From assembly GCA_964583625.1 (NCBI GenBank), contig CAZOVA010000003.1, positions 5,038 through 69,037 on the forward strand: 64,000 nucleotides of DNA, in the 5' to 3' direction. This document shows positions 48,231 through 58,634 of this stretch, in pieces. A program made the position numbers and the translations under genes. The DNA comes from an uncultured Pseudomonadales bacterium. Its GTDB lineage: Bacteria; Patescibacteriota; Microgenomatia; UBA1400; PJMF01. The notes beneath the pieces are model-generated. The model saw only the letters and a program-made list of their open reading frames with translations. It was not told the origin of the DNA and searched no databases. Numbering within the stretch: the first letter of the stretch is position 1; each line of letters begins with the position of its first letter.

Positions 48231-49946
48231 ATGGTTCAGAACGTGTCAACACTAAAATATCTTTTGCGCCTACCAAGCCATCTTTTTAGTAACCGCTGGC
48301 TCCAAGCTCAACAGCGATCTATTTTGTCAGCAGCCACAGTTATCACTCTGGCCAATCTTTTGGTCAGTGTCTCTGGTCTGCTAAGAGATCGTCTGATGTT
48401 GGCTCAGTTTGCGGGCAGTGATAGCCTCTTACAGGCTTATGATGCTTTTCGTATTGCTTTTCAAATTCCCGACTTACTTTATCAATTAATTATTCTTGGC
48501 GCCTTATCAGCCTCTTTTGTCCCGCTTTTTACTCTTTTGAAAAAGAAAAGTTCAGAAGAAGCTTTTTCTTTGGTGAATGTTTCTATGAACTGGCTGGTTT
48601 TAACTTTTATAGTTTTATCAGTAATAGTCGCCATTTTTGCTCCACAAATTACCCATTGGCGCATTGGTGAGGCTTACACCCAAGAACAAATCGAAATTGT
48701 CATCAATCTTACAAGGATGATGATGTTGGCGCAACTTTTTTTTGCTATCAGTAGTTTTTTTTCTGGTATGCTACAGAGCTATCAACGGTTCATTGTTCCA
48801 GCTTTAGTTCCAATTTTTTATAATGCAGGGATTGTTTTAGGAACTTATGTCTTTTTTCCTGTTTTTGGTATTTATGCCGCTGGAATTGGCGTTATTTTAG
48901 GTGCATTTTTACATATGTTATTGCAAATACCTTTTGTTGCTGGTCTTAATTGGCGCTATCGTCTTACTTTTGACCCTAAAACCAAAGGGGTAAAAAAACT
49001 TTTTGCTATGATGCCTGCGCGTACTTTTACTCTAGGAATGACAGAAATTCAAAGCTTGGGTTTGTCTTATTTTATTACCAGTGTCAGCGGTTTTGGTTAT
49101 ACCATGTTTGGTTTAGCTCGATCTTTGATCCTTATGCCTATCCGTTTTGTCGGCATTCCCATTGGTCAAGCCTCTTTACCTTTTTTGTCTGATTTGTCTG
49201 ACGAAACAGACCTTTCTCGTTTTAAAAAAATTGTCATACAATCTCTCAACCAAATAGCTTATTTAGCTTGTCCAATAGCCATTATTCTTTTAATTTTACG
49301 CATTCCGGTGGTCCGTTTGGCTTTTGGAACCCGCAATTTTTCTTGGGAGTATACTGTTCTCATCGGTCGGATTGTCGCGCTGATGGCCATCTCTATTCCT
49401 GCTCAAGCAATGTTCCATTTGCTAGTCAGGGCTTTTCATGCTTTACGCGACACTCTAACCCCTTTTTTGATTGCCGTCTCCACAACTATTATCTTTTTTA
49501 TCGGGGCTGCCTTGGCTATCAAATTGCCAAATAATCAACTCTACGGCATTGCTATTACCATTGCTGTGACCGCCATCATTGAAACTTTTGTTTATGCTTT
49601 ACTTTTAAATTTTAAACTAAAAAATCTTTTTACTCCCAACTTCCTTTTTACCCAAATTAAAATTTTCTTCATTACGGCTGTTACTGGCGTGGCTCTCTAT
49701 ATTCCTTTCAAATTATTAGATCAATTAGTTTTTGACACCACTCGAGTGATACCCCTATTAATGCTTACCTTTATTACTGGCGTAGTCGGTCTTAGTGTTT
49801 ATATTATTTTGTCAAAAATATTTCACATCCAAGAAATGCAAATTTTATTCAATCTTTTTGCTTCTTTAAAAAGAAAATTGGCACAAAAGGAAGAAAAAGC
49901 CTTATTACCGCCAACAGAAATTATCAACGATCCTTCGGAAAATTAA
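48231..49946 (+). CDS. murJ: Lipid II flippase MurJ
   Basis: GLLRD, DAF..AF.IPD, GALS.SFVP; start uncertain (TATAAT at 48225). Confidence 0.88.
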   Translation: MVQNVSTLKYLLRLPSHLFSNRWLQAQQRSILSAATVITLANLLVSVSGLLRDRLMLAQFAGSDSLLQAYDAFRIAFQIPDLLYQLIILGALSASFVPLFTLLKKKSSEEAFSLVNVSMNWLVLTFIVLSVIVAIFAPQITHWRIGEAYTQEQIEIVINLTRMMMLAQLFFAISSFFSGMLQSYQRFIVPALVPIFYNAGIVLGTYVFFPVFGIYAAGIGVILGAFLHMLLQIPFVAGLNWRYRLTFDPKTKGVKKLFAMMPARTFTLGMTEIQSLGLSYFITSVSGFGYTMFGLARSLILMPIRFVGIPIGQASLPFLSDLSDETDLSRFKKIVIQSLNQIAYLACPIAIILLILRIPVVRLAFGTRNFSWEYTVLIGRIVALMAISIPAQAMFHLLVRAFHALRDTLTPFLIAVSTTIIFFIGAALAIKLPNNQLYGIAITIAVTAIIETFVYALLLNFKLKNLFTPNFLFTQIKIFFITAVTGVALYIPFKLLDQLVFDTTRVIPLLMLTFITGVVGLSVYIILSKIFHIQEMQILFNLFASLKRKLAQKEEKALLPPTEIINDPSEN

Positions 49947-49990
49947 TTTTTCGTGTATAATTATTCTTGAGCTTTTAAGAGATAGATTTT

Positions 49991-51670
49991 ATGATTAAAT
50001 TGACAGAAAAACTCAAAACCTTATCAATTTGGTTGGATAATAATTTATTATTTATTCTTTCAAGTTTTTTATTAATCTTTATTCCTTTATGGCCTAAAAT
50101 TCCTCTGGCAGATTTAATTCCTGGCTATATTGTTCGTTTACGTTTGGAAGATATTTTCGTTTTAATTACTTTTATTATCTATTTAATTTGGCTCTATCGC
50201 AAAAAAATTTCTTGGCAACTACCTACTTGGCAATTAATCTTTGCTTATTTAGCTATTGGTCTGATGAGTATTTTGACTGGTCTTTTTATTTTAGAAACCA
50301 TTCCTCTTTTTCCAGTTCATATTTCAAAGTCAGTTTTACATTGGGCCCGTTATGCGGAGTATTTTTTTCTGGCTTTTCTTTTTTTTAGTAGTCTCCGTCA
50401 ACTAAAACATTTAAAAATCTTTTTAGGTTTGATATTGGCGGTGACAGCAGCTATTAGTCTCTATGGAGCTGGTCAGAAGTATCTTTATTGGCCTCTTTAT
50501 TCCACTATGAACCGAGAATTTAGTAAGGGCATTCGTTTATACTTGACTCCTCACGCTCGAGTTCAGTCAACCTTTGGCGGTCATTATGATTTTGCCGCTT
50601 ATTTGGTTTTAGTTTTACCTTTTAGTTTAATCTTATTTTGGCAAGCAGAAAAAAAATGGCTCAAAGCTCTAGCCTTATTAGCTCACCTCTTAGGTTTATG
50701 GTCTTTGATTGTTTCAGCAGCTAGAACCTCAATTATTGCTTATTTTGTTGCTGTTATTTTATTGTTTACAATTTATGTTTTTTGTCAAAAAATTTCTTGG
50801 GGTAAGAAAATTTGGCGTTTTTTTAGTTATCAATTTATTTATTTTCTCTTTATTGCTTTTTTAATTGTCAATTTTGGTCAAGACACGATTGAAAGATTTG
50901 CTCACTCTTTTAGTTCAGTAGAAATTATTAAAAATAATTATTATCGTTTCAAAGGTTTCCAGGAAAAAGTGGCGAGCACTTTAGGGATTGATAGAGTTAA
51001 ACCTCCAGCAAACTCTTTAGCGGTAAATTTGGATGAATATGGCAATAATAGCGTTTTAACCCCTAGTGATTCTCGACCCAGACCGGCCGATGTTTATGTT
51101 GATGTTCCAGAAATAAAAACAGCTCTTGATGCTAGCACGGGAGCAATTATCACCTATGAAACAGAAAGGACTTGGTCTCGCAATGCCGAGCTTTATGGTT
51201 TGTCAATGGCTATTCGCCTAGACACTTTATGGCCCAATGCGCTTAAGGCTTTGATGCGTCATCCCTTACTAGGGAGTGGTTATGGGACTATTAACAAAGG
51301 AGAAAAACTTAATCAATTTACTGAGGCAGACAGTGTTGACAATAATTATTTACGCACTCTCGGTGAGACAGGCCTTTTAAGCTTTTTTGTTTTTTACGGT
51401 TTGATAGCCTTTACTATTATCTTTGCCTGGAAAAATCTCTCTCGACTTCAAGGTTTGCCTTTGTATTTCAATTATGCTTTTATAGCCGCCGCCGTCGGTT
51501 TACTAATTAATGCTAGTTATATTGATGTTTTTGCCGCCTCCAAAGTTGCTTTTACTTTCTGGATGCTTTATGGTGTTTTTTGGAAAACTCAAAGCTTAAG
51601 TTTTCTTCCATCGCCCTCAATTAAAAATAAGAAAAAAGATCAAACTATAAGTAAAAATGAAAAAAAATAA
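49991..51670 (+). CDS. O-antigen ligase/Wzy_C-family membrane protein
   Basis: RVQSTF, SAAR, R...W......PLLGSG, DNNYL..L.E.G. Confidence 0.8.
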   Translation: MIKLTEKLKTLSIWLDNNLLFILSSFLLIFIPLWPKIPLADLIPGYIVRLRLEDIFVLITFIIYLIWLYRKKISWQLPTWQLIFAYLAIGLMSILTGLFILETIPLFPVHISKSVLHWARYAEYFFLAFLFFSSLRQLKHLKIFLGLILAVTAAISLYGAGQKYLYWPLYSTMNREFSKGIRLYLTPHARVQSTFGGHYDFAAYLVLVLPFSLILFWQAEKKWLKALALLAHLLGLWSLIVSAARTSIIAYFVAVILLFTIYVFCQKISWGKKIWRFFSYQFIYFLFIAFLIVNFGQDTIERFAHSFSSVEIIKNNYYRFKGFQEKVASTLGIDRVKPPANSLAVNLDEYGNNSVLTPSDSRPRPADVYVDVPEIKTALDASTGAIITYETERTWSRNAELYGLSMAIRLDTLWPNALKALMRHPLLGSGYGTINKGEKLNQFTEADSVDNNYLRTLGETGLLSFFVFYGLIAFTIIFAWKNLSRLQGLPLYFNYAFIAAAVGLLINASYIDVFAASKVAFTFWMLYGVFWKTQSLSFLPSPSIKNKKKDQTISKNEKK

Positions 51671-53150
51671 ATTTATCTCTTTCATAAAAAAATCTTGGCT
51701 TTTATCTTTGATTATTCTTTTAGCTTTTGTTTTTCGCCTTTTTCGCCTCAATCACCCTTTATTAGATTGGCATTCTTTTCGGCAAGCAGACACCGCTTCC
51801 GTCACGAGAGAATTTGTTAAACATAATTACCCTCTATGGCAACCACACTATCATGATTTGGGAAGCATCCAAAGCGGAGCAGCCAATTTGGAAGGTTATC
51901 GTTTTGTTGAGTTTCCTTTGATCAACTATTTACTCGCTATCCCTTTGAAAGCTTTCCCTCGCTGGGATTTAGTAATTTTTTCTCGACTAATGACTGCTTT
52001 AGCTTCTAGTTTGAGCGTTCTCTTGCTTTATTTCATTTTGCAAAAATGGCAAAAAAATAAAACTTTGAGTTTATTAGCGACTGCCTTTTTCGCCTTTTTA
52101 CCTTTTGCTATTTATTATGGTCGAGCTATTTTGCCTGAACCGTGGCAAATATTGTTCTGCTTGATGACTATTTTAAGTTTTACCTATTATCTAGAGAAAA
52201 AGAACTTCACTTTCTGGCTGCTTTCTTTATTTTCTTTTTCCTTAGCCCTTTTACTCAAACCGACCAGTGTTTTTATTTTCCCCCTACTTATGCTTTTAGC
52301 TGGACAAAAATACGATTGGCAATTTCTAAAAAAAGGAGAACTTTATTTATTAGTTTTTATTAGTTTTTTACCTTTGTTATGGTGGCGAAATTATATGCAA
52401 CAATTTCCTACAGGTATTCCTGCTAGTGATTGGCTGTTTAATAGTGATCAGATCCGTTTGCGACCAGCTTGGTGGCGGTGGTTATTCTATGAAAGACTAA
52501 CAAAAACTTGGTTAGGCTATTTTGGTTTACTTTTTTTCTTAGCTGGTCTAATTCCAGAAAAATGGTTACTTTTCAAAAAAAATGTGCGTCTTCGTTTGAG
52601 TAGTTTTGACTGGCAGACTTATGTCTTAATGGCTAGTTTTTTTCTCTATTTGGTAATTTTTGCTACGGGCAATGTTCGTCATGACTATTATCAGGTAATT
52701 TTATTGCCAGTGATAGCTCTTGTTTATGCGCGAGGTTTAGTTTATATTTTTACCTGGTGGCGCGATAAACTCAATCTCCGTTTAGCTTTAGTTTTATTGT
52801 TACTAATTAATATGGTTAGTTTATACTTTGCTTGGAATCAAAATTTAGGCAAATTCAATGTTAATAATTGGGCCGCATTCAAATTGGGGAAAGTGGCCGA
52901 TCAAATTCTCCCAGCTCAAGCTTTAGTCATTGCTGATTCTTTTGATGCTGATACCAATTTTCTTTTCCAAACCAATCGAACTGGTTGGTCGGAGGCCAAT
53001 AAATGGGAAGAAAAATTAGTTCAGGGAGCGGAATTTTATTTGACCACCAACTTTGATGACCGTTTTCATCAATTAGTCAAAACCTACCCCCTTTTCTATC
53101 AAGATGAAAACGGGGCTATTCTTGACCTAAGAGGAGGACAAAAATTATGA
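51657..53150 (+). CDS. GT-C glycosyltransferase (GT39/ArnT-like)
   Basis: DWHSFRQADT, EFP, LLKP, HDYY. Confidence 0.8.
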   Translation: MKKNKFISFIKKSWLLSLIILLAFVFRLFRLNHPLLDWHSFRQADTASVTREFVKHNYPLWQPHYHDLGSIQSGAANLEGYRFVEFPLINYLLAIPLKAFPRWDLVIFSRLMTALASSLSVLLLYFILQKWQKNKTLSLLATAFFAFLPFAIYYGRAILPEPWQILFCLMTILSFTYYLEKKNFTFWLLSLFSFSLALLLKPTSVFIFPLLMLLAGQKYDWQFLKKGELYLLVFISFLPLLWWRNYMQQFPTGIPASDWLFNSDQIRLRPAWWRWLFYERLTKTWLGYFGLLFFLAGLIPEKWLLFKKNVRLRLSSFDWQTYVLMASFFLYLVIFATGNVRHDYYQVILLPVIALVYARGLVYIFTWWRDKLNLRLALVLLLLINMVSLYFAWNQNLGKFNVNNWAAFKLGKVADQILPAQALVIADSFDADTNFLFQTNRTGWSEANKWEEKLVQGAEFYLTTNFDDRFHQLVKTYPLFYQDENGAILDLRGGQKL

Positions 53151-54343
53151 AAATTCTCATGTTGACTCCCTATCTTCCTTACCCGCTACTTTCTGGCGGA
53201 CAGATTCGAACTTACAATTTATTGAAAAAGATGGCTCGCCTCCATGAAATAACTCTTTTTTCCTTGATTAAAAATGAGGCAGAAAAAAAATATATTAAAG
53301 AATTGGAAAAATATTGTCATAGTGTGCGAGTTTTTAAACGTTCCAGCAAACCTTTTACCTTAAAGAATATTCTGCGAACAGCTTTTTCTAGTTATCCTTT
53401 TTTGGTAGTTCGCAATCACGTTGATGCAGTGATGCAAGCTATTGGCGAAGAATTAGCCGCTCATCACTATGATTTAATTCATGCGGAAACTTTTTATATG
53501 ATGCCCCACCTCCCAAAAACTAATATTCCTGTTATTTTGGTTGAACAAACAATTGAGTATTTAGGCTATGAGAGTTTTGCTCAGAACACTAGGTGGAAAT
53601 TTTTGCGCCCATTACTTAATATTGATATTAAGAAAATTAAATTTTGGGAGAAACATTATTGGCGAACTTGTAATCAACTAGTCACTATGAGCCAAGAAGA
53701 CAAAGAATTTATTGAAAAAGAAATTGGTGAAAAAACCCCGATTGCGGTGGTAGCCAATGGAGTTGACACTGATTGGTTTGGCCAGAAAAAATTTACTAAA
53801 CGTCCTCAACCAACTCTTCTTTCAGTTGGAACCTTTAAGTGGCTGCCTAATATTGAAGCAGTCAATTTTTTAGTTAAAAAAGTCTGGCCTCTAATTAAAA
53901 AGGAAAGAAAAGACGTACAACTTTTGATTGTTGGCAATGCTCCCACCAAACAAATTTTAGCTTATGCTAAAAAAGATCAACAAATAAAAGTAGCTGGCAG
54001 AATTCCTGACATTCGTCAGGCATTTGGTGAAGCCCATATTCTTTTAGCCCCAGTTTTTTCTGGTAAAGGGACGCGCTATAAAGTTTTAGAAGCCATGGCA
54101 GCCGGGACACCAATTATCGCTACCGCCATTGCGGTGGAGGGTTTGGGGGTTAGCAATGGTAAAGAAGTTTTGATTGCCAATGATGCAAAGCAAATGGCGG
54201 CCGCCACCCTTTCTCTTTTGAAAAATCCGACTTTACAAAAAAAATTATCAAATAACGGTCAAAATTTTGTTAAGAAAAATTTTGATTGGAATCTAATTGC
54301 TCAAAAATTAGATCAACTTTATTTACTTTTGGGAGGAAAATAA
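53147..54343 (+). CDS. Glycosyltransferase family 4
   Basis: PYP..SGG.IR, NGVD, GTRYKVLEAMAAG. Confidence 0.9.
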   Translation: MKILMLTPYLPYPLLSGGQIRTYNLLKKMARLHEITLFSLIKNEAEKKYIKELEKYCHSVRVFKRSSKPFTLKNILRTAFSSYPFLVVRNHVDAVMQAIGEELAAHHYDLIHAETFYMMPHLPKTNIPVILVEQTIEYLGYESFAQNTRWKFLRPLLNIDIKKIKFWEKHYWRTCNQLVTMSQEDKEFIEKEIGEKTPIAVVANGVDTDWFGQKKFTKRPQPTLLSVGTFKWLPNIEAVNFLVKKVWPLIKKERKDVQLLIVGNAPTKQILAYAKKDQQIKVAGRIPDIRQAFGEAHILLAPVFSGKGTRYKVLEAMAAGTPIIATAIAVEGLGVSNGKEVLIANDAKQMAAATLSLLKNPTLQKKLSNNGQNFVKKNFDWNLIAQKLDQLYLLLGGK

Positions 54344-55231
54344 ATGGCTAAAAATATTCTTAAAAAACAAAAACTGGCGATTATCTTAGTTAATTATAAT
54401 GGTAGCTTTTGGCTAAAAAAAACCTTGACTTCATTAAGAGATTTTTATTTAGCTAAAACCAAAAACAAAGTAGAGGTTATCTTGGTTGACAATGATAGTA
54501 GTGATGATTCTGTAGCAATGGTAAAAGAAAATTTCCCTTTGGTCAAAATTATTCAAGCAAAAGAGAATTTGGGCTTTGCCAAAGCTAATAATTTGGCTAT
54601 TAATCAAACTGAAGCAGATTATATTATGCTCCTCAACTCAGATACTCAGTTGGACGAGAGAAGCAATTTAGATGCTTTGCTTAATTATTTATATGAGCAT
54701 AAAGAAGTTGGTATGATTGGCCCCAAACTTCTTCTGACTAATGGCGAACTTGATCAAGCCTGTCATCGTGGCGAACCGACTCCTTGGGCTAGTTTTACTT
54801 ATTTCAGTGGTTTAGCTAAGCTTTTTCCTCATTTCTCTTCTTTTAATTCTTATCATCGTGGAGATTTAGATATTGACACAATTCATCAAATTGAAGCTAT
54901 TTCTGGAGCGGCGATGATGATTAGTCGCCCAGCTTTGAACTTAGTCGGTCTGCTAGATGAAGACTTTTTCCTTTATGGTGAGGACTTAGATTGGTGTAAA
55001 CGTTTCCGGCAGGCAAACTTTGAAATTATTTATTATCCTGAGGTAATTATTGTTCATCACAAAAATAAATCTGGCATTGAGAATCAAGATAAAAAAATTA
55101 AAAAAGCGAGCAATCATTATTTTTACGATACCATGCTTTTGTATTATGACAAACATTATCGTCAAAAATATCCTCCCTTTGTTCGTCAATTGGTAAAAAT
55201 ATTTCTTTTTATTAAGAAAGGGGGTCTTTAA
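54344..55231 (+). CDS. Glycosyltransferase family 2 (rhamnosyltransferase-like)
   Basis: VNYN, VDN.S.D, NLGFAKANN, LLNSD, FFLYGEDLD. Confidence 0.9.
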   Translation: MAKNILKKQKLAIILVNYNGSFWLKKTLTSLRDFYLAKTKNKVEVILVDNDSSDDSVAMVKENFPLVKIIQAKENLGFAKANNLAINQTEADYIMLLNSDTQLDERSNLDALLNYLYEHKEVGMIGPKLLLTNGELDQACHRGEPTPWASFTYFSGLAKLFPHFSSFNSYHRGDLDIDTIHQIEAISGAAMMISRPALNLVGLLDEDFFLYGEDLDWCKRFRQANFEIIYYPEVIIVHHKNKSGIENQDKKIKKASNHYFYDTMLLYYDKHYRQKYPPFVRQLVKIFLFIKKGGL

Positions 55232-56094
55232 TGCCTTTAATTGTGACTCATTTTGCCCCCGATTTGGATGCGATTGCTAGCATTTGGCTTCTCACTCGTT
55301 TTGATGCTCAACATTATGCCGGCAGTCGAGTGACTTTTGTTAATCCAGGAGAAACTATTAGTCTAGAACAAGCAGCCGATCTTGGTTATAGTCTAGATCA
55401 AGTGACTCATGTTGACACGGGTGGAGGGGAGTTTGATCATCATGATGAAGACCGAGCTGGCAAAGATCTTTGTGCTGCTAAATTGGTTTATGATCATTTA
55501 CAAAAAGTCCATCCTGATATAAAAAATAACTTAGCTTTAAAAGAAATGGTTGACTATTTTTTGGAAATCGATCATTTTGGTGAAGTTTTTTGGCCAGAAA
55601 GTGATCATCCTCGTTATCTTTTTATGCTCGATCAGATTATTGTTGGCATGGACGTCACTCATACTAATGATGATAGTTATCAAGTAGACTTAGGAGCACG
55701 TCTGCTTGATTTTGTCTATGCTAATATGCGCTCTTATATTAGCGCGCGGGCTTCTTTGGCTGACGGAATTATTTTTCCTTTGAAAACAGGGACTGCCTTT
55801 GCTGTTTTAGCTAATAATGATGAGGTTTTAACTTTGGCCCAAAAAGCGGGGCATTTACTAGCAATTAAAAAGGACTTAGACGGCGGACACATTAGAATTA
55901 AAGCTCGACCTGACGCAAAATTTGATCTAAAGCTTATCTATGAAGCTATCAAACTCAAAGATAAAACTGGTACTTGGTATTACCACCCTGGTGGAAAAAT
56001 GCTTCTCAATGGTTCACGCAAAAGCAAAAATCAAACGCCGTCGCCTTTGACTTTGGAAGAAATAGTTACGATAGTCAAAGACTATCTTGCTTAG
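55231..56094 (+). CDS. DHH/MYG1-like phosphoesterase
   Basis: TH..PDLD, DTGGGEFDHH. Confidence 0.6.
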   Translation: MPLIVTHFAPDLDAIASIWLLTRFDAQHYAGSRVTFVNPGETISLEQAADLGYSLDQVTHVDTGGGEFDHHDEDRAGKDLCAAKLVYDHLQKVHPDIKNNLALKEMVDYFLEIDHFGEVFWPESDHPRYLFMLDQIIVGMDVTHTNDDSYQVDLGARLLDFVYANMRSYISARASLADGIIFPLKTGTAFAVLANNDEVLTLAQKAGHLLAIKKDLDGGHIRIKARPDAKFDLKLIYEAIKLKDKTGTWYYHPGGKMLLNGSRKSKNQTPSPLTLEEIVTIVKDYLA

Positions 56095-56172
56095 GTAAAA
56101 ATATAAACTATATTTATCCTTAATCAATGAAAAGTTAAAAAAATTCTCTCAATTTTCATATATAATAGAGTT

Positions 56173-57312
56173 ATGACATTAGATCTTCTTTTTACTCGTG
56201 GAATACAACAAATTTTACCTCAGACTGAATCCTTACAAGCCTTGGCTCAAGAAAAAAAACTTCGTCTCTATTTGGGCATTGATCCTACGGGAGCCCTTTT
56301 GCATTTGGGACACAGTGTCGTTTTGCGTAAATTGCAACAGTTTGCTCAAGCAGGACACGAGGTGATTCTGCTAGTAGGTAATGGAACAGTCAAAATTGGA
56401 GATCCTACTGGTCGAGACAGCACCAGACCAGTTTTAACTGATGCTCAAATTGCCGACAACTTTAAGGACTGGCAGAAACAAGCCAGTAAGGTTTTAGATT
56501 TCGATAAAATAGCAGTTCGCTACAATGCTGATTGGCTCGATCAACTTAATTATGAAAAGATTATTAAAATTTTAGCTACCAGTACGGTGCAACAGTTATT
56601 AGAGAGAGACATGTTTCAAGAAAGATTGAAGAAGGGTTTACCAATTTTTACTCACGAAATTATTTACCCCTTACTTCAGGGTTATGATAGCGTTGTTTTA
56701 GATGTTGATTTAGAAATAGGTGGTTCGGATCAAACTTTTAATATGTTAATGGGTCGTCATTTACAAAAAATATACCGACAAAAAGAAAAGTGGATTTTGA
56801 CTACTCCAATTATCAATGGTCTTGATGGAAGAAAAATGAGTAAAAGTTTTAATAATTATATTGCTTTAACTGATGAAGCAGATAAGATGTATTTTAAAAT
56901 TATGACTTTGCCCGATGATCTAATTTTAACTTATTTTGAACTCTTAACTGACAAATCAAGTTCGGAGATAGAACAAATGAGGGTGGCTCTACAAAATGGA
57001 GAAAATCCTTTGATTTTCAAAAAAATTCTAGCTGAAACCATTACTACCTTTTATCACAATCAAAGCTTAGCTCAAAATGCCGCTCATCTATGGCAAAAAA
57101 CTGTTTCTGAAAAAGAAATTCCTAGCAATCTTCCTTTGGTTGAAGTAGAGAATTTACAAGCATCTCTTTTTACTTTGGCTAAAAGAGCTCAACCAGAAAT
57201 GAGCAATAGCCAATTGCGCCGTCTTTTGGAGCAGGGGGCAATTGAACTTAAAGACAAACAAATTTTACGTATCGGTAAAAAAAACTTTTATCAGTTAGTT
57301 GAAAAAAAATGA
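56173..57312 (+). CDS. tyrS: Tyrosyl-tRNA synthetase
   Basis: GIDPT...HLGH, YPLLQGYD, GGSDQ, KMSKS. Confidence 0.95.
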   Translation: MTLDLLFTRGIQQILPQTESLQALAQEKKLRLYLGIDPTGALLHLGHSVVLRKLQQFAQAGHEVILLVGNGTVKIGDPTGRDSTRPVLTDAQIADNFKDWQKQASKVLDFDKIAVRYNADWLDQLNYEKIIKILATSTVQQLLERDMFQERLKKGLPIFTHEIIYPLLQGYDSVVLDVDLEIGGSDQTFNMLMGRHLQKIYRQKEKWILTTPIINGLDGRKMSKSFNNYIALTDEADKMYFKIMTLPDDLILTYFELLTDKSSSEIEQMRVALQNGENPLIFKKILAETITTFYHNQSLAQNAAHLWQKTVSEKEIPSNLPLVEVENLQASLFTLAKRAQPEMSNSQLRRLLEQGAIELKDKQILRIGKKNFYQLVEKK

Positions 57313-57422
57313 AAAAAGCTACTAAAACAAAAATGCGCAACCTTATTATTCTGCTTTTAATTATCCTTTTTATTTTTGGTGGAGCTGTGGGAGCATTAAT
57401 GAGTTTGTTTTCTTCAGTTTAA
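57309..57422 (+). CDS. Small membrane protein (37 aa), not in ORF track
   Basis: MKKATKTKMRNLIILLLIILFIFGGAVGALMSLFSSV; ATGA overlap with the tyrS stop. Confidence 0.6.
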   Translation: MKKATKTKMRNLIILLLIILFIFGGAVGALMSLFSSV

Positions 57423-57425
57423 ATT

Positions 57426-58634
57426 TTAGAATTGTTCGCCAATTTTATTCCACAAAGACTGATATTCACCCTCATAACCGAGAGCCCAAATAGCCATACC
57501 ACTTAAATTGAGTTTTCTCACTAAGTCCATTTTATAACCAACTGATCTTTCATTTTCAAAAAAGCCAATATGCCATCTTTCTGTTTCTTCATTGTAAAAA
57601 GTTAAATAAGGAGTGAGAGAATTTTCATCCCATTTTTCTTTAGCCTGATATTTCTTATCTTTTAAAATATTTTGTGCTCCTCTATAAGTCAAGGTTTCAC
57701 CAGTATCAGGATAGGTTTTGGCTGTTTGTAGATTATCAGTTGTCGTCTCCCAAGCATAACCATAAAAAGGAATTACTAAAATAATTTTGTCACTCGGAAC
57801 AAATCGTAGTAAACTTTGCACATCACCCCAAATATCTCCTTGCCAAATACTTTTGCTCAAAGTGGGAGCACTCGGGCCGGGAACAGTGGAGCTTTTAGTT
57901 TTATAATCATAACCCATAATCATTACCCGATCTACAATCTTCCCTAGTTTGGCAAAATCCCAAATATTATTCATATTAGCCGCTCCCCCATAAACATCAA
58001 TAGAAAGCTTTGTTCGTGGATAAGAATAATCCAGCATAGTTCGCAAACGATGGACAAAATCAGTAAATTGGTCTCTCTCTTCCTGACTAATAAAGCCCAA
58101 ATATTCCAAATCAAGATTAACTCCATCCAATTGATCGTCACGTACGACGGTTTCAATATTTTTAATTAACAAATCTTGACAAGAGCGACAATTAATGAGC
58201 TTTTTAATCTCTTGACTTTGAGAAGTGAAAAAAGTGACTTCAAGTTTAATTTTTTTGCGATCAATTTGCTGGGTAATTTTTTGCCATTTTTCACTTTGAT
58301 AAAGATCATAGGCACCATCTTTTTCTATTTCGCCCTGACCATTAACTGCCAGACGAAAATAGCTTAAGTGAGTTAGGTGAGGACTTAATTGATAATTATC
58401 CAATTGCCAATAGGGTAAAAAACCATATAAAACACCCAATTTTTTCTCTGCACTCACACTAGCCTCTCTCTGATAACTGCCTAAAATTTTCTCTTGATCC
58501 ATCAACTGACTAACAACAGGAAAAACAATTTCTTTTTGATTTCCAAGTTTAAAATTCAAAAACCAAAAACTAAAAACCAGTAAGAAGAAAATCAGACTTA
58601 AAGACAACCAATTAAATTTCTTTTTAATCGCCAT
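57426..58634 (-). CDS. Glycoside hydrolase family 18, membrane-anchored
   Basis: DGVNLDLE (DxxDxDxE variant), MGYD, PFYG, WALG. Confidence 0.88.
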   Translation of the reverse strand: MAIKKKFNWLSLSLIFFLLVFSFWFLNFKLGNQKEIVFPVVSQLMDQEKILGSYQREASVSAEKKLGVLYGFLPYWQLDNYQLSPHLTHLSYFRLAVNGQGEIEKDGAYDLYQSEKWQKITQQIDRKKIKLEVTFFTSQSQEIKKLINCRSCQDLLIKNIETVVRDDQLDGVNLDLEYLGFISQEERDQFTDFVHRLRTMLDYSYPRTKLSIDVYGGAANMNNIWDFAKLGKIVDRVMIMGYDYKTKSSTVPGPSAPTLSKSIWQGDIWGDVQSLLRFVPSDKIILVIPFYGYAWETTTDNLQTAKTYPDTGETLTYRGAQNILKDKKYQAKEKWDENSLTPYLTFYNEETERWHIGFFENERSVGYKMDLVRKLNLSGMAIWALGYEGEYQSLWNKIGEQF

